This document shows positions 18,650 through 27,372 of a stretch of 52,687 bases of DNA, in pieces. The DNA comes from Candidatus Binatia bacterium. Its GTDB lineage: Bacteria > Desulfobacterota > Binatia > HRBIN30. Both the position numbers and the translations under genes were made by a program. Numbering within the stretch: position 1 is the first letter of the stretch; each line of letters starts with the position of its first letter. Under the pieces are notes generated by a model. It made no database searches, was not told the origin of the DNA, and worked only from the letters and a program-made list of their open reading frames with translations. Where the stretch lies: NCBI GenBank assembly GCA_046757585.1, contig JBHHYR010000003.1, positions 1 to 52,687 on the forward strand, read 5' to 3'.

Positions 18650-20566
18650 TCATCGGACACCGCCCGCAATCTTCCACTGTCCGGCGTCGCGGACCAGGAT
18701 CTTGGTCAGGCGGACCTCCAAGCGGACCGATTTTCCACTTTGCTGGTCGATGAAGCGATCCCGACGCGTGTACGATACCGCCACACCCTCGGCATGTGGG
18801 GCGATCGTCACGTCACTGAGCTGCACGGTCAACCCTGAGGCATTCTGCAGGTAAGCCCGCAGGGCGTCGCGTCGCCGCGCGGAGAATGACACGTACAGTG
18901 CAGCCAGGCGGTCGACGTCCTTGTCTTCGAGGGCACCCCGGTATTGCTCGAGCACATCGCGTACGTCTGCTTCCACGGTCCCGCGCGTTGGCTCGGCTGC
19001 GTACGCAGCCGCTCCCCACCGGAACGCAAATCTCCAGATGCTCTGTTCCCGACGCGACTGTGGCTCGGCGGTCGGCCCTGGGACCAGCGGCGGGGTCGCG
19101 CGAGCACGTGGCGGGGTTTGGCGCTCAACGACGCCTTCGGTCTCGAGCAGAAGCCGATAGGCGTCAACGTCGGTGTTCGTTTCCGTCCGAATCAGTTTCC
19201 GTTCTTCCGGCGACAACTCGACGGGCAGCCGCCGCAGCATGCTTATCACCAGCTTCTTCTGCAGAGCGAAGAAATCGTCTTGGCGCCCCTCAACGCTATC
19301 GGAACCCTCCTGCACGCCAGTTGTCGCGTTGATGATCCACGCGTCGATGCGGATGGTGTTTCCCACGACGTTGAACGAGCCCGTGACCAACCTGCCGATA
19401 CCGAGTTGCCGCGCGACGTATAGATTGTCCAGGCCGCGGGCTCGGGCAATCCGGTCGATCAGCTCCGGCGAATACACGTGCAGCGCCCGCACTTTGCTCA
19501 GCTCGGTATTGAACGCGACCCGCAGGGCTTTCCCTATCCAGTCGTGTTGCGGGTCGGCACGCAGGTTGCGAAATGCCATCACCCCGATCGAATTGGTTGC
19601 CGGTTCGCTAGCCGGCTCTGGGGCGGCCTGGGCAACCGAGGCTGCAGTGGGAGGAGATCCGGTCGGTTTCGGGCCACGCGGTACCGCCGCGAACATCAAG
19701 TCCGTTCCCTCCATTTTGTGGTACGGATGCTGCTGCGCGCCGGTCAGGCGGGGCACGACTCGGGCAACGTACCCGAAGAGCTCGGACAACGACACCAGAC
19801 CATCGCCGTCGGCGTCGGCCCGGCCCTGCAGGCCTTCGAGCACAGCGTACGTAAAGACGCCGTGCGCCAGCTGCGGTTCCTCCTTCGAGTCCTCACCCGG
19901 TTTCGTAGCGGCGAGCAAAAAAAAGCCCTCACCAACCGACATGCCGAGGTAATCCGCTGAAACCAACCCGTGCGCTGCCAACTGTAGCGCACCGGCGTGG
20001 CAGGTGTCGAGCATAACCACGACGCCGCGCACGTCGCGCCGCAGCACCCGAACCATCTCGTCGAAGTCCGACATGCGCAGCCCAGCGGTTAGCAGATTAT
20101 CGGGCGTCGCCGGGTACGGCAAAAAGTAATAGCTGTTCGTGTTGAGGTCCTGAACGCCATGCCCCGCGAAGAAGATCACTACGACGTCGTTCGGCCCGGC
20201 TCGGCCGAGGAACCGCTCCATGCTGTCGAGGATGCTCTCGCGGGTTACCTTCTCGTCAGTCAAAACCAAAGTCCTGACGCGGTCGTACAGCCGCCGCTTC
20301 CCCTGCCACAACAAGGTCGCGTCAATGGCCCGGGCATCCGAAGCCGCGAACTGGAGGTTGAGATCGGCGTCCTTGTACCGACTCACGCCGATCGCGAGCA
20401 GCCAGAGCGTGGATCTGGCCGGGCCGGACGTGTCTGGTACAGCGACCGCCGGGGCGAACCGTTGGGCCCGCGAATCGGTCTGCCCAGGCCGGTAGACCGC
20501 CCACGTCATGAGCAGACCGGCCACGGCCCCCCCACTGACGACTATCAATAGCCCGCGGAGCGTCAT
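18650..20566 (-). CDS. Caspase-family (peptidase C14) protein: N-terminal TM/signal, C14 domain, TolB-N/FlgO-like domain, C-terminal NTF2/SnoaL-like domain
   Basis: LLAIGVSRY..LNLQFA..DA; catalytic dyad FFAGHG and LDTCHAG; HGVFTYAVLEGL.G.AD.DGDG.VS..EL..YV...V; SIGVMAFRN..DWIG; LEDKD..RL. Confidence 0.9.
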   Translation of the reverse strand: MTLRGLLIVVSGGAVAGLLMTWAVYRPGQTDSRAQRFAPAVAVPDTSGPARSTLWLLAIGVSRYKDADLNLQFAASDARAIDATLLWQGKRRLYDRVRTLVLTDEKVTRESILDSMERFLGRAGPNDVVVIFFAGHGVQDLNTNSYYFLPYPATPDNLLTAGLRMSDFDEMVRVLRRDVRGVVVMLDTCHAGALQLAAHGLVSADYLGMSVGEGFFLLAATKPGEDSKEEPQLAHGVFTYAVLEGLQGRADADGDGLVSLSELFGYVARVVPRLTGAQQHPYHKMEGTDLMFAAVPRGPKPTGSPPTAASVAQAAPEPASEPATNSIGVMAFRNLRADPQHDWIGKALRVAFNTELSKVRALHVYSPELIDRIARARGLDNLYVARQLGIGRLVTGSFNVVGNTIRIDAWIINATTGVQEGSDSVEGRQDDFFALQKKLVISMLRRLPVELSPEERKLIRTETNTDVDAYRLLLETEGVVERQTPPRARATPPLVPGPTAEPQSRREQSIWRFAFRWGAAAYAAEPTRGTVEADVRDVLEQYRGALEDKDVDRLAALYVSFSARRRDALRAYLQNASGLTVQLSDVTIAPHAEGVAVSYTRRDRFIDQQSGKSVRLEVRLTKILVRDAGQWKIAGGVR

Positions 20567-20809
20567 AAAATCACCGTGGACAAATCCTCGCCCATTGCGA
20601 CTGCGGGTTGCAACTGGCATCTGCGCAGAAAGACGGGAGGGGATCAGTCAAGGGAATCCATGGGGTTGGGTCAACCTGTTCGCAACCTGAGTGATTGTCT
20701 GCCTCATCAGAGGCCGGAGTGCAATAAACCGCCTACTTTTTGCATCTCTGGTTGCAGAAGCACATGGCACGGAGAGAGGAGCGGGCGGCGGGAGTCTATG
20801 CCGTAGCGG

Positions 20810-21787
20810 ATGGAGGACCCACGCAGCCAAGCGCGAGAGGCTCGGGAGCTGATTGGCCGCTGCCTCGCCGGAGACGCGCAAGCCGTGCAGCACTTTCAGC
20901 AGGCGTACGGGGAGCTGATCTACGGCTATCCGATCCGCGTCTACCGTACGCCGCCGGAGGACGCCGGTGACTTCTATGTCTTCGCCTTCCAGCAGGGCCG
21001 CATTTTCCGCCGCCTCCGAACGTTCGAAGGCCGGGCCCCCTTACGCGCATATCTGCTGGGTTCCGTCCTCGACGATCTCGTGCTCGAGTGGAAACGTGGC
21101 GAGCGCCGGGTCGAAACGGTCTCCATCGAACGGTTCGGTGATGTCCCCGACCCTGCCGGGCCGGCCAGCCAGACGGCTCCCGAAGCTCCGCCCCGGCCTG
21201 GCGGCGCACCATCGTTGAACGACATGCTGGCGACTGTCCCACCGTCCAAGGCGGTGGTGATGAAATTGCTCTATGTCGAGGATGCCGACTTGAAGGCGCG
21301 GGACATCGAGTACCTCGCGGACGTCTCCGGCCGGAGTGTGCCCGAGGTGCTGGCCGCGGTGGCTGGCATGCGGACCACCGTCCGAGAGCGCGAAGCTGGG
21401 CTGAAACGCCTCGAAGATGCCCTCGAAGCCGTGCAGGCGTGGATCCACCTGTACGAGCGGCAGCTCCGGCGCGTCAGCGAAGATCTGGCCGCCGTGCCCG
21501 CGGAGACCGTGGCGGCCGCCCGGCTACGCGAGGAGGCAGCGCTGCTGGAACACAAGATCCGCCGGCGACACCAGCAACGCGCTCGCCTCTTGGCGCAGGC
21601 GCAGCGACGCAAGGTGACGGCACCATACAAACATATCGCCGCGCTCCTGAACACCAGTGTCGGGAACGTCTGTTCCCAGATCGCTCGGCTTCGCAAGGAG
21701 TTGCTGGCAAAGGCCGGAACCCGGGGACAGGAAACCGGGCTTGAAAAACGAAAGGTAAGAGGTGTAGGGTCAAGTGAGGAGATCTGA
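20810..21787 (+). CDS. ECF-type sigma-70 factor with a long insertion in region 4
   Basis: Sigma2: LI.RCLAGD..A...F...Y, DA.DFY, F.GR.PL..YL; sigma4.1 LATVPPSKAVVMKLLY; sigma4.2 HTH YKHIAALLNTSVGNV.SQI.RLRK.L. Confidence 0.8.
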   Translation: MEDPRSQAREARELIGRCLAGDAQAVQHFQQAYGELIYGYPIRVYRTPPEDAGDFYVFAFQQGRIFRRLRTFEGRAPLRAYLLGSVLDDLVLEWKRGERRVETVSIERFGDVPDPAGPASQTAPEAPPRPGGAPSLNDMLATVPPSKAVVMKLLYVEDADLKARDIEYLADVSGRSVPEVLAAVAGMRTTVREREAGLKRLEDALEAVQAWIHLYERQLRRVSEDLAAVPAETVAAARLREEAALLEHKIRRRHQQRARLLAQAQRRKVTAPYKHIAALLNTSVGNVCSQIARLRKELLAKAGTRGQETGLEKRKVRGVGSSEEI

Positions 21788-21897
21788 GTTAAGCTCACCC
21801 CTCGGGGCGCTGAGGTGAGGGAGAACGTGGCAGGCGCTGCGCAAGCCGGGGAGTGGAACGCGAAACGCGGTCGAAGACCGGAAAGAGGAGAACAGGC

Positions 21898-22722
21898 ATG
21901 GCTGATGCTCGGTATCTGATCTCTGAGTCCAAATCCGCTGAGGTGGGTTCCTGCCCCGAATTTGAGGACCTCTCCCGCTTCGTGGATGGCGAGCTGAGCC
22001 CACGCGAGAGCGCCGATGTCGAAGTGCACCTGAAGCGTTGCGCGTGGTGCTCGGGGCTTACCAAAATGATTAGTGCATGGTTCGACGCCGCAGCCGCTGC
22101 CAGCGCCGAGGAACGTGGCGACGCACGCTGCACCACGACGGAGCTGCTAGTCGGATACTTGACGACAGGCCTCACGGCCAGCGAACGCCGTGACATCGAC
22201 CGTCACGTCCGCGGCTGCGACCAGTGCATCCGAACGTTGACCTTGCTCCAGCGCAGGCTACTGAGCGCCCCGGAAATGGCGGCTCCGGTTCCGGCAGCCG
22301 TTGTCGAACGGGCCAGGGCCGCATCCACACGGGACGTTGGTCATGCCCGGCCTGCGGTGGGCCTGGGCGAGGCGTGGGCGGCCCTCTCGTCGGTCGGCCG
22401 CCGACTCTCGGCGCACATCAAGCTGCCGGTGCTGGTACCTGCGGCCGTCGCCGCTGCCGCGCTGCTCGTTGTCGCGACGGAGCAAACGTGGGTGACACCG
22501 GCGCCGCAGCGAGAACTGACTCGGGCGGTGCCGATGCATCAGACGCTCCGCGTCACCGCGCAGGAGGCGATCGTGCGCAACCAGCCAAGCACACGTACGC
22601 AGATCGTAGGCACACTGCAGCACGGGACGACGATCGAAATCGCTGGTCAGGAAAGAGACTGGTATCGTGTGACCTTGCCCGATGGCACAGAGGGCTGGGT
22701 CGAACGCCGCGCGTTCGAGTAG
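21898..22722 (+). CDS. Anti-sigma factor: two zf-HC2 (ZAS) domains, TM helix, C-terminal bacterial SH3 domain
   Basis: C...HLKRCAWC and C...HVRGCDQC; TM LPVLVPAAVAAAALLVVA; SH3b VRNQPS...G..DWYRV..PDG.EGWV; RBS GAGGAG before ATG 21898. Confidence 0.85.
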   Translation: MADARYLISESKSAEVGSCPEFEDLSRFVDGELSPRESADVEVHLKRCAWCSGLTKMISAWFDAAAAASAEERGDARCTTTELLVGYLTTGLTASERRDIDRHVRGCDQCIRTLTLLQRRLLSAPEMAAPVPAAVVERARAASTRDVGHARPAVGLGEAWAALSSVGRRLSAHIKLPVLVPAAVAAAALLVVATEQTWVTPAPQRELTRAVPMHQTLRVTAQEAIVRNQPSTRTQIVGTLQHGTTIEIAGQERDWYRVTLPDGTEGWVERRAFE

Positions 22723-22743
22723 TTCTCCCGCGGTCGCTCACGA

Positions 22744-24540
22744 ATGTTGCACCGGACGACTGGGGAGGAACGCGGCCCGGCCACGCCGCGGCTCTTGTCC
22801 GGTCGCGCCGCCGTAGTCTGCGCTGCCGCGCTCCTGTTCGCGGCAGCGGTCTGGCTCCCCGTGGCTGCCGCGGAACCACTGGTCTGTGGCGTCCCGCTCG
22901 CACGGCAGCTCAAGTCGGGAGCAACCGATTCATTTCAATTCTCCCTGTCGCCCGGCACGGCTCTTTCACTCGAGGCCGTCGACACGTCCCGAACCATTGA
23001 TTTGCTCAAGATCAGTTTCTCCCCTTCGCAAGAAACGTGTCTCGGCGATCTCGAAATCAGGAGCCCAGGCGAGATGGCCTCCGTCGAGGTGTCCGATTGC
23101 GTCGGCCAGGACGCGGGAGACTACACGATTGCGCTGTCCGTCGTGTCGCCGGGACCGGACAACTGCGGGGTGCCGCTCCCGTGTGGGTCGACGCTGCAGG
23201 GTGAGCGTCTGGACACCCTCGGGGAGGTGGATTCGTATACGTTTCCGGGTATCGAGGCGGACCGAGTGAGGCTGACGGCGACCGACGTGGCAGGCACGAT
23301 TGGTTGCGTGCGTTTGCGAGTCTTCGACCCGGGCGGGTCCCTAGTGGAGGATCTGTTCAATCAGCCTTTCGACGAGCAGTTGACGAGAACAGGTACGTAC
23401 ACTGCCCTGGTGAGTGCATGCGTGGAACCCCGAACAGGGCCGTACACGATCACCTGGCAGCCGTCCAGCTGCCCAGGGGAAGCCGCGCAGGGGCAGCTCG
23501 CGTACGTGGCGAACTCCGACGCGGGCACCGTGAGCCTGATCGACCTGACCGCGCTGGCGACCAGGGCGGTTATCCCGCTTGTGCCCCCCGCACAGGCCAT
23601 GGTCGCCGCCCCCGTGGGCCTCGACATCAGTCCGAACGGCGGGTTTGCATACGCGACGTACGGCACCTCCAGCACCGCCGTACTCATCAACACCACGACC
23701 AACCTGATCGCGGCATCGGTTCCGGTCGGATTGGATGCTGCCGGCGTTGCCTTCACGCCCGACGGCGCCTCGACGTACGTCATCTCCAACGATCTGGGGG
23801 GTATATCGGTCATCGACAACAAGACGAATAGGGTGACTGGTATCATCGCCCCTGACGTCGGGTTCTCCGAAACGATCCAGTTCGCCACGGATGGCGCTAC
23901 GGCTTTCGTTGTGTCCGATGACCTGGGGGGGCTTGCGGGGATCGACACCGCGACGAACGAGATAACCAGCTTCAGCGACCTTGACCTCGGCTTCTTTGAT
24001 GCGTTCGCCATCAGTCCCGACGGTGCTTTTGCGTATGCCGGTGTCCTGGACGGAATCGCCGTGATTGAAACGGCGACGAACACGATCTTCGACATGATCA
24101 CGCTCGACGACGAGCCGTTCGGTATCGCCTTCAGCCCGAGCGGCGGCCGCGCGTACGCCTCGTTACCTGACGAAAGCAAGCTCGCCGTCATCGACACGGA
24201 GTCGAGTCGGGAAATTACCAGGATTCCGGTCGGGGTCGATACGGGGGGCGTTGCCGTTTCAGGGGATGGAGCGCTCGTGTATGTGACGGACTTTACGTCT
24301 GCCGCCACGGATGTCGGATTCTGGGTGATCGACGCGGCGACGAATCGAGTCGTTGGTGGCATTCCGACCATGGGAGACGGCCCTGCGAGCGTGGTGCTGA
24401 CAACGGCACCAGAGGGTCTGTGCGTGGGCGACGCGGAGGGTGAGACGAAGGTGACCGTCGACGAGCTGGTGCGGGGTGTCAACCAGGTTCTCAACGGTTG
24501 TCCAGGCCGTTTCCCGAGGATGTCGGTTCTGGCCCCCTAA
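22744..24540 (+). CDS. Secreted YVTN/YncE-type beta-propeller with N-terminal PPC-like domains and a C-terminal dockerin-like motif
   Basis: Signal AAA-EP; D.Y.F / GPYTI PPC-like units; repeated AYV.N...TVS.ID, SPDG..AY, IPVG; tail CVGDAEGETKVTVDELVRGVNQVLNGC. Confidence 0.85.
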   Translation: MLHRTTGEERGPATPRLLSGRAAVVCAAALLFAAAVWLPVAAAEPLVCGVPLARQLKSGATDSFQFSLSPGTALSLEAVDTSRTIDLLKISFSPSQETCLGDLEIRSPGEMASVEVSDCVGQDAGDYTIALSVVSPGPDNCGVPLPCGSTLQGERLDTLGEVDSYTFPGIEADRVRLTATDVAGTIGCVRLRVFDPGGSLVEDLFNQPFDEQLTRTGTYTALVSACVEPRTGPYTITWQPSSCPGEAAQGQLAYVANSDAGTVSLIDLTALATRAVIPLVPPAQAMVAAPVGLDISPNGGFAYATYGTSSTAVLINTTTNLIAASVPVGLDAAGVAFTPDGASTYVISNDLGGISVIDNKTNRVTGIIAPDVGFSETIQFATDGATAFVVSDDLGGLAGIDTATNEITSFSDLDLGFFDAFAISPDGAFAYAGVLDGIAVIETATNTIFDMITLDDEPFGIAFSPSGGRAYASLPDESKLAVIDTESSREITRIPVGVDTGGVAVSGDGALVYVTDFTSAATDVGFWVIDAATNRVVGGIPTMGDGPASVVLTTAPEGLCVGDAEGETKVTVDELVRGVNQVLNGCPGRFPRMSVLAP

Positions 24541-24573
24541 CCGCACCATCTCGCCGCCGCGCCACTGTGCGCG

Positions 24574-25824
24574 CTAACGTTCCGTACGCCCGGCACGGGC
24601 CGCAGCCGCCGTCGCACCGTTGCGCAGGATGTTGCGGGCAATAAAGCTCGGCTCGACCGCTGCTTGTGCCGCGAGGAGCGCGCTCTTCAGGCTCAACGCT
24701 TCGCTAGCGAGCGCGTCGTCGTCGCTGGCGGCGATGACGAAATCGACGAGGTGTAAGGCAAGCTGAAGATCGCCCGCTTCCTGGAGTGCGCGGGCGCGGC
24801 CGAGGAGCGCGGCGGCACCCGCCAGGGAGGTCACCTCGCGAGCGATGGCTCGCGTGGGCGCAGGAAACAGGTGCGCCGGATTGCCGTCGAACCAGCCCGC
24901 ATACCGCCGCAAGATGCCGTGCACCACGAAGGTGGGGCAACCGTAAATCGGTCTCAGGTACGGCTTGCTGGCCAGAGCGGGGGGGAGCGCATGCACTTCC
25001 GCCAGAATCTGCTCGGCCCACATACCCGCGTTGAGACGGCGGACCACCTCGTCGTGCAGCCACCGCAGCGCACGTGCCGTGTCGAGGCAGGCGTCCCGGA
25101 CCGCGGCGGCGCCAACAATCGCTGGCCCATGCCCAGGCGCCAGCGCCACGGGCTCTCGCGCCGCGATCGCTTCGAGTGCGGCAGCCCACTCCACTTCGTA
25201 GCGCTGGACCTTGAAGGGGTTGCCGATGTTGGGACACGACCAGATGAACAGGTCACCGCTGCAAGCTGTGCGACGTTCAGGAACCCATACCCAGGTGGCG
25301 TCATCGGTCTCGCCCAGCGCGTGCTGCAGATGGAACGTGAGCTGGCCCACACGCAGCACCATCGTGTCGCGATAGAGCACGTCGGGATAGAAGAACTGCT
25401 CGCGGACCACGACCTTGGCCCCAGATGGCAGGGCAAATTGAATGCGATTGATGTGGTCATGCTGCCCGTTCAGTTCGAGATAACGATCGAAGCGCGCTGG
25501 GACCCGCTCATGCGCGACGATTCGCGGTCGCGGATCGCCACGCCGCGCTGCGTCATCAAGCAGCGCCCAGACACCGAAGGCGTGGTCGAAGTGGCCGTGT
25601 GTGTAGATCACGTACCGAATTGGCTGACCGGACACGGCGCGGATCTGTTCCAACAGCCGTGGCCCCATCGGACGCACGCAGGTATCAACGACCACCAGCC
25701 CGTCATCGGTCTCGATCACGGTGGAATTGCCAAAGGCCGAGATCAGGTGAACGCCCTCGGCGATGCGTTCGGGTCGGTCCTGCCAGTAATAGAGCCCCTC
25801 CATCGCAGGAGCTTCAGTTGCCAT
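24574..25824 (-). CDS. Alkyl sulfatase-like MBL hydrolase with dimerization domain (no SCP-2 domain)
   Basis: THGHFDH, GETDDATWVW, GDLF...PN.GNP, PGHG, RRY.GW.DGNPAHL. Confidence 0.88.
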   Translation of the reverse strand: MATEAPAMEGLYYWQDRPERIAEGVHLISAFGNSTVIETDDGLVVVDTCVRPMGPRLLEQIRAVSGQPIRYVIYTHGHFDHAFGVWALLDDAARRGDPRPRIVAHERVPARFDRYLELNGQHDHINRIQFALPSGAKVVVREQFFYPDVLYRDTMVLRVGQLTFHLQHALGETDDATWVWVPERRTACSGDLFIWSCPNIGNPFKVQRYEVEWAAALEAIAAREPVALAPGHGPAIVGAAAVRDACLDTARALRWLHDEVVRRLNAGMWAEQILAEVHALPPALASKPYLRPIYGCPTFVVHGILRRYAGWFDGNPAHLFPAPTRAIAREVTSLAGAAALLGRARALQEAGDLQLALHLVDFVIAASDDDALASEALSLKSALLAAQAAVEPSFIARNILRNGATAAAARAGRTER

Positions 25825-25995
25825 ACGCCCCTCCAGTTTTCTTGTGCCGCCTGCGGCTAGCGCAGTCGGCCGTCATCCGGACCCGCGTTTCTCATAGCTC
25901 GGTCGCGTGGCCGGCCGCAACGACCGGCTTGTCTTTGCGCCGCCGGGGTGAACTGCTATGAAGGGCGCCACTTCAAGTCGTTGGAGGCTATGCTG

Positions 25996-26568
25996 ATGGC
26001 AAGGATCGTTGGAGCCGTAACGCTGGCCGTTCTGCTCACCGGGACGACTGCGCAGGCAGAAGGGAAGCACCCGATGGTACTGATGTCCACATCACTGGGC
26101 GACATCAAGATCGAACTGAACGAAGAGAAGGCGCCGATCACGGTGAAGAATTTTCTCGACTACGTCAACGCGAAGTTCTACGATGGAACCATCTTCCACC
26201 GCGTCATTCCGGGCTTCATGATCCAAGGCGGCGGGTTCGACAAGGACATGAAGCCGAGGCGGACGAGAGCATCGATCAAGAACGAGGCCGGCAATGGCTT
26301 GAAGAACACCGTTGGGACCATTGCGATGGCGCGCACCGGTGTCGTGGATAGCGCCACGGCGCAGTTCTTCATCAACGTGAAGGACAACACCTCCCTCGAT
26401 CATCGCAATGACACCCCGCAAGGGTTCGGGTACGCCGTGTTCGGCAGGGTGGTCGATGGGCTCGATGTCGTGCACAACATCGAACACGTACCGACGACCA
26501 CGAACGGAGCACACCACAACGTGCCCATCAGACCGGTGATCATCTCGTCGGTGACCGTGGTGCAGTGA
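25996..26568 (+). CDS. ppiA: Periplasmic cyclophilin peptidyl-prolyl isomerase
   Basis: Signal AQA; FYDGTIFHRVIPGFMIQGGG, GTIAMART, SATAQFFIN, GYAVFG. Confidence 0.93.
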   Translation: MARIVGAVTLAVLLTGTTAQAEGKHPMVLMSTSLGDIKIELNEEKAPITVKNFLDYVNAKFYDGTIFHRVIPGFMIQGGGFDKDMKPRRTRASIKNEAGNGLKNTVGTIAMARTGVVDSATAQFFINVKDNTSLDHRNDTPQGFGYAVFGRVVDGLDVVHNIEHVPTTTNGAHHNVPIRPVIISSVTVVQ

Positions 26569-27251
26569 ACGCGGCGAACGATCGCCCACGCGGGGGGACG
26601 GCGGTCGTCTTCGACCTGGACGGGGTCCTCATCGACTCCGAGCAGCTCCAGTACAGCGCGTATTCCACTGTCCTGGCCCGTTTCGGCGTTACGGTGTCGG
26701 TTCAGGAATACGCCGCACACTGGATTGCGGCCGGACATGGCCCCGAGTATGCGGTCGAGAGGTATACGCTTTCGCTCGACCCTGACGAGCTACGGGCGCT
26801 GAAGGATCCCGTCTACCACGACCTCCTGCGCCGGCACGTACACCTCATGCCCGGTGTGATGGACGCGCTGACCCGGTTGTCCGCCCGGTTTCCTCTTGCC
26901 ATAGCCACCAACTCGAATCAGCGGGATGTGTCGTTTGTGCTGGATCATTTGGCCGTAAGGCGTTTCTTCACTGCGGTGGTGACACGAGAGGACTATGAGC
27001 ACGCGAAGCCTGCTCCGGATGCTTTCGTCGCTGCCGCTACGCGTCTCGGGGTCCCACCGGGAGGGTGCCTGGTGGTGGAGGATGCGCATAAGGGAGTGGT
27101 CGCCGCCCATCGGGCGGGGGCCAGCGTCGCTGCCGTGCCGAACGCGTTTACCCGTGACAACGACTTCTCTCTGGCCAGCATCGTGTTGCGCAACCTCGAC
27201 GAGCTGACCGTGCAAGTTGTCGACGGCGTGCTGGCGCGACGGCGTGCATGA
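26565..27251 (+). CDS. HAD-family phosphatase (beta-PGM-like)
   Basis: FDLDGVLIDSE, ATNS, KPAPD, VVEDA; 4-nt overlap with ppiA. Confidence 0.92.
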   Translation: MNAANDRPRGGTAVVFDLDGVLIDSEQLQYSAYSTVLARFGVTVSVQEYAAHWIAAGHGPEYAVERYTLSLDPDELRALKDPVYHDLLRRHVHLMPGVMDALTRLSARFPLAIATNSNQRDVSFVLDHLAVRRFFTAVVTREDYEHAKPAPDAFVAAATRLGVPPGGCLVVEDAHKGVVAAHRAGASVAAVPNAFTRDNDFSLASIVLRNLDELTVQVVDGVLARRRA

Positions 27252-27372
27252 GCGCCGTCCGCTCCGTCAAGAGGCCACCTCGCGGCAGCGTATGGGCCGG
27301 GCTGCGGGCCCTCCGCCGTGCGGTGCACGCTGCGAGCGTTCGCCCGCGCCCGCAGCGGGGGCCCGCCGGCTG

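Noticed and set aside
20567-20809. Sigma54 or ECF promoter motifs in the divergent spacer (TGGCAC; CAACCTG direct repeat)
   Set aside because: TGGCAC lacks the TTGC at -12, and the 7-bp repeat is too short to assign without comparative data.
15520-24570. Caspase/ECF locus as a mobile island or anti-phage defence island
   Set aside because: No integrase, transposase, tRNA or flanking direct repeats are visible, and there is no NLR, gasdermin, CBASS or TIR partner; the components are extracytoplasmic.
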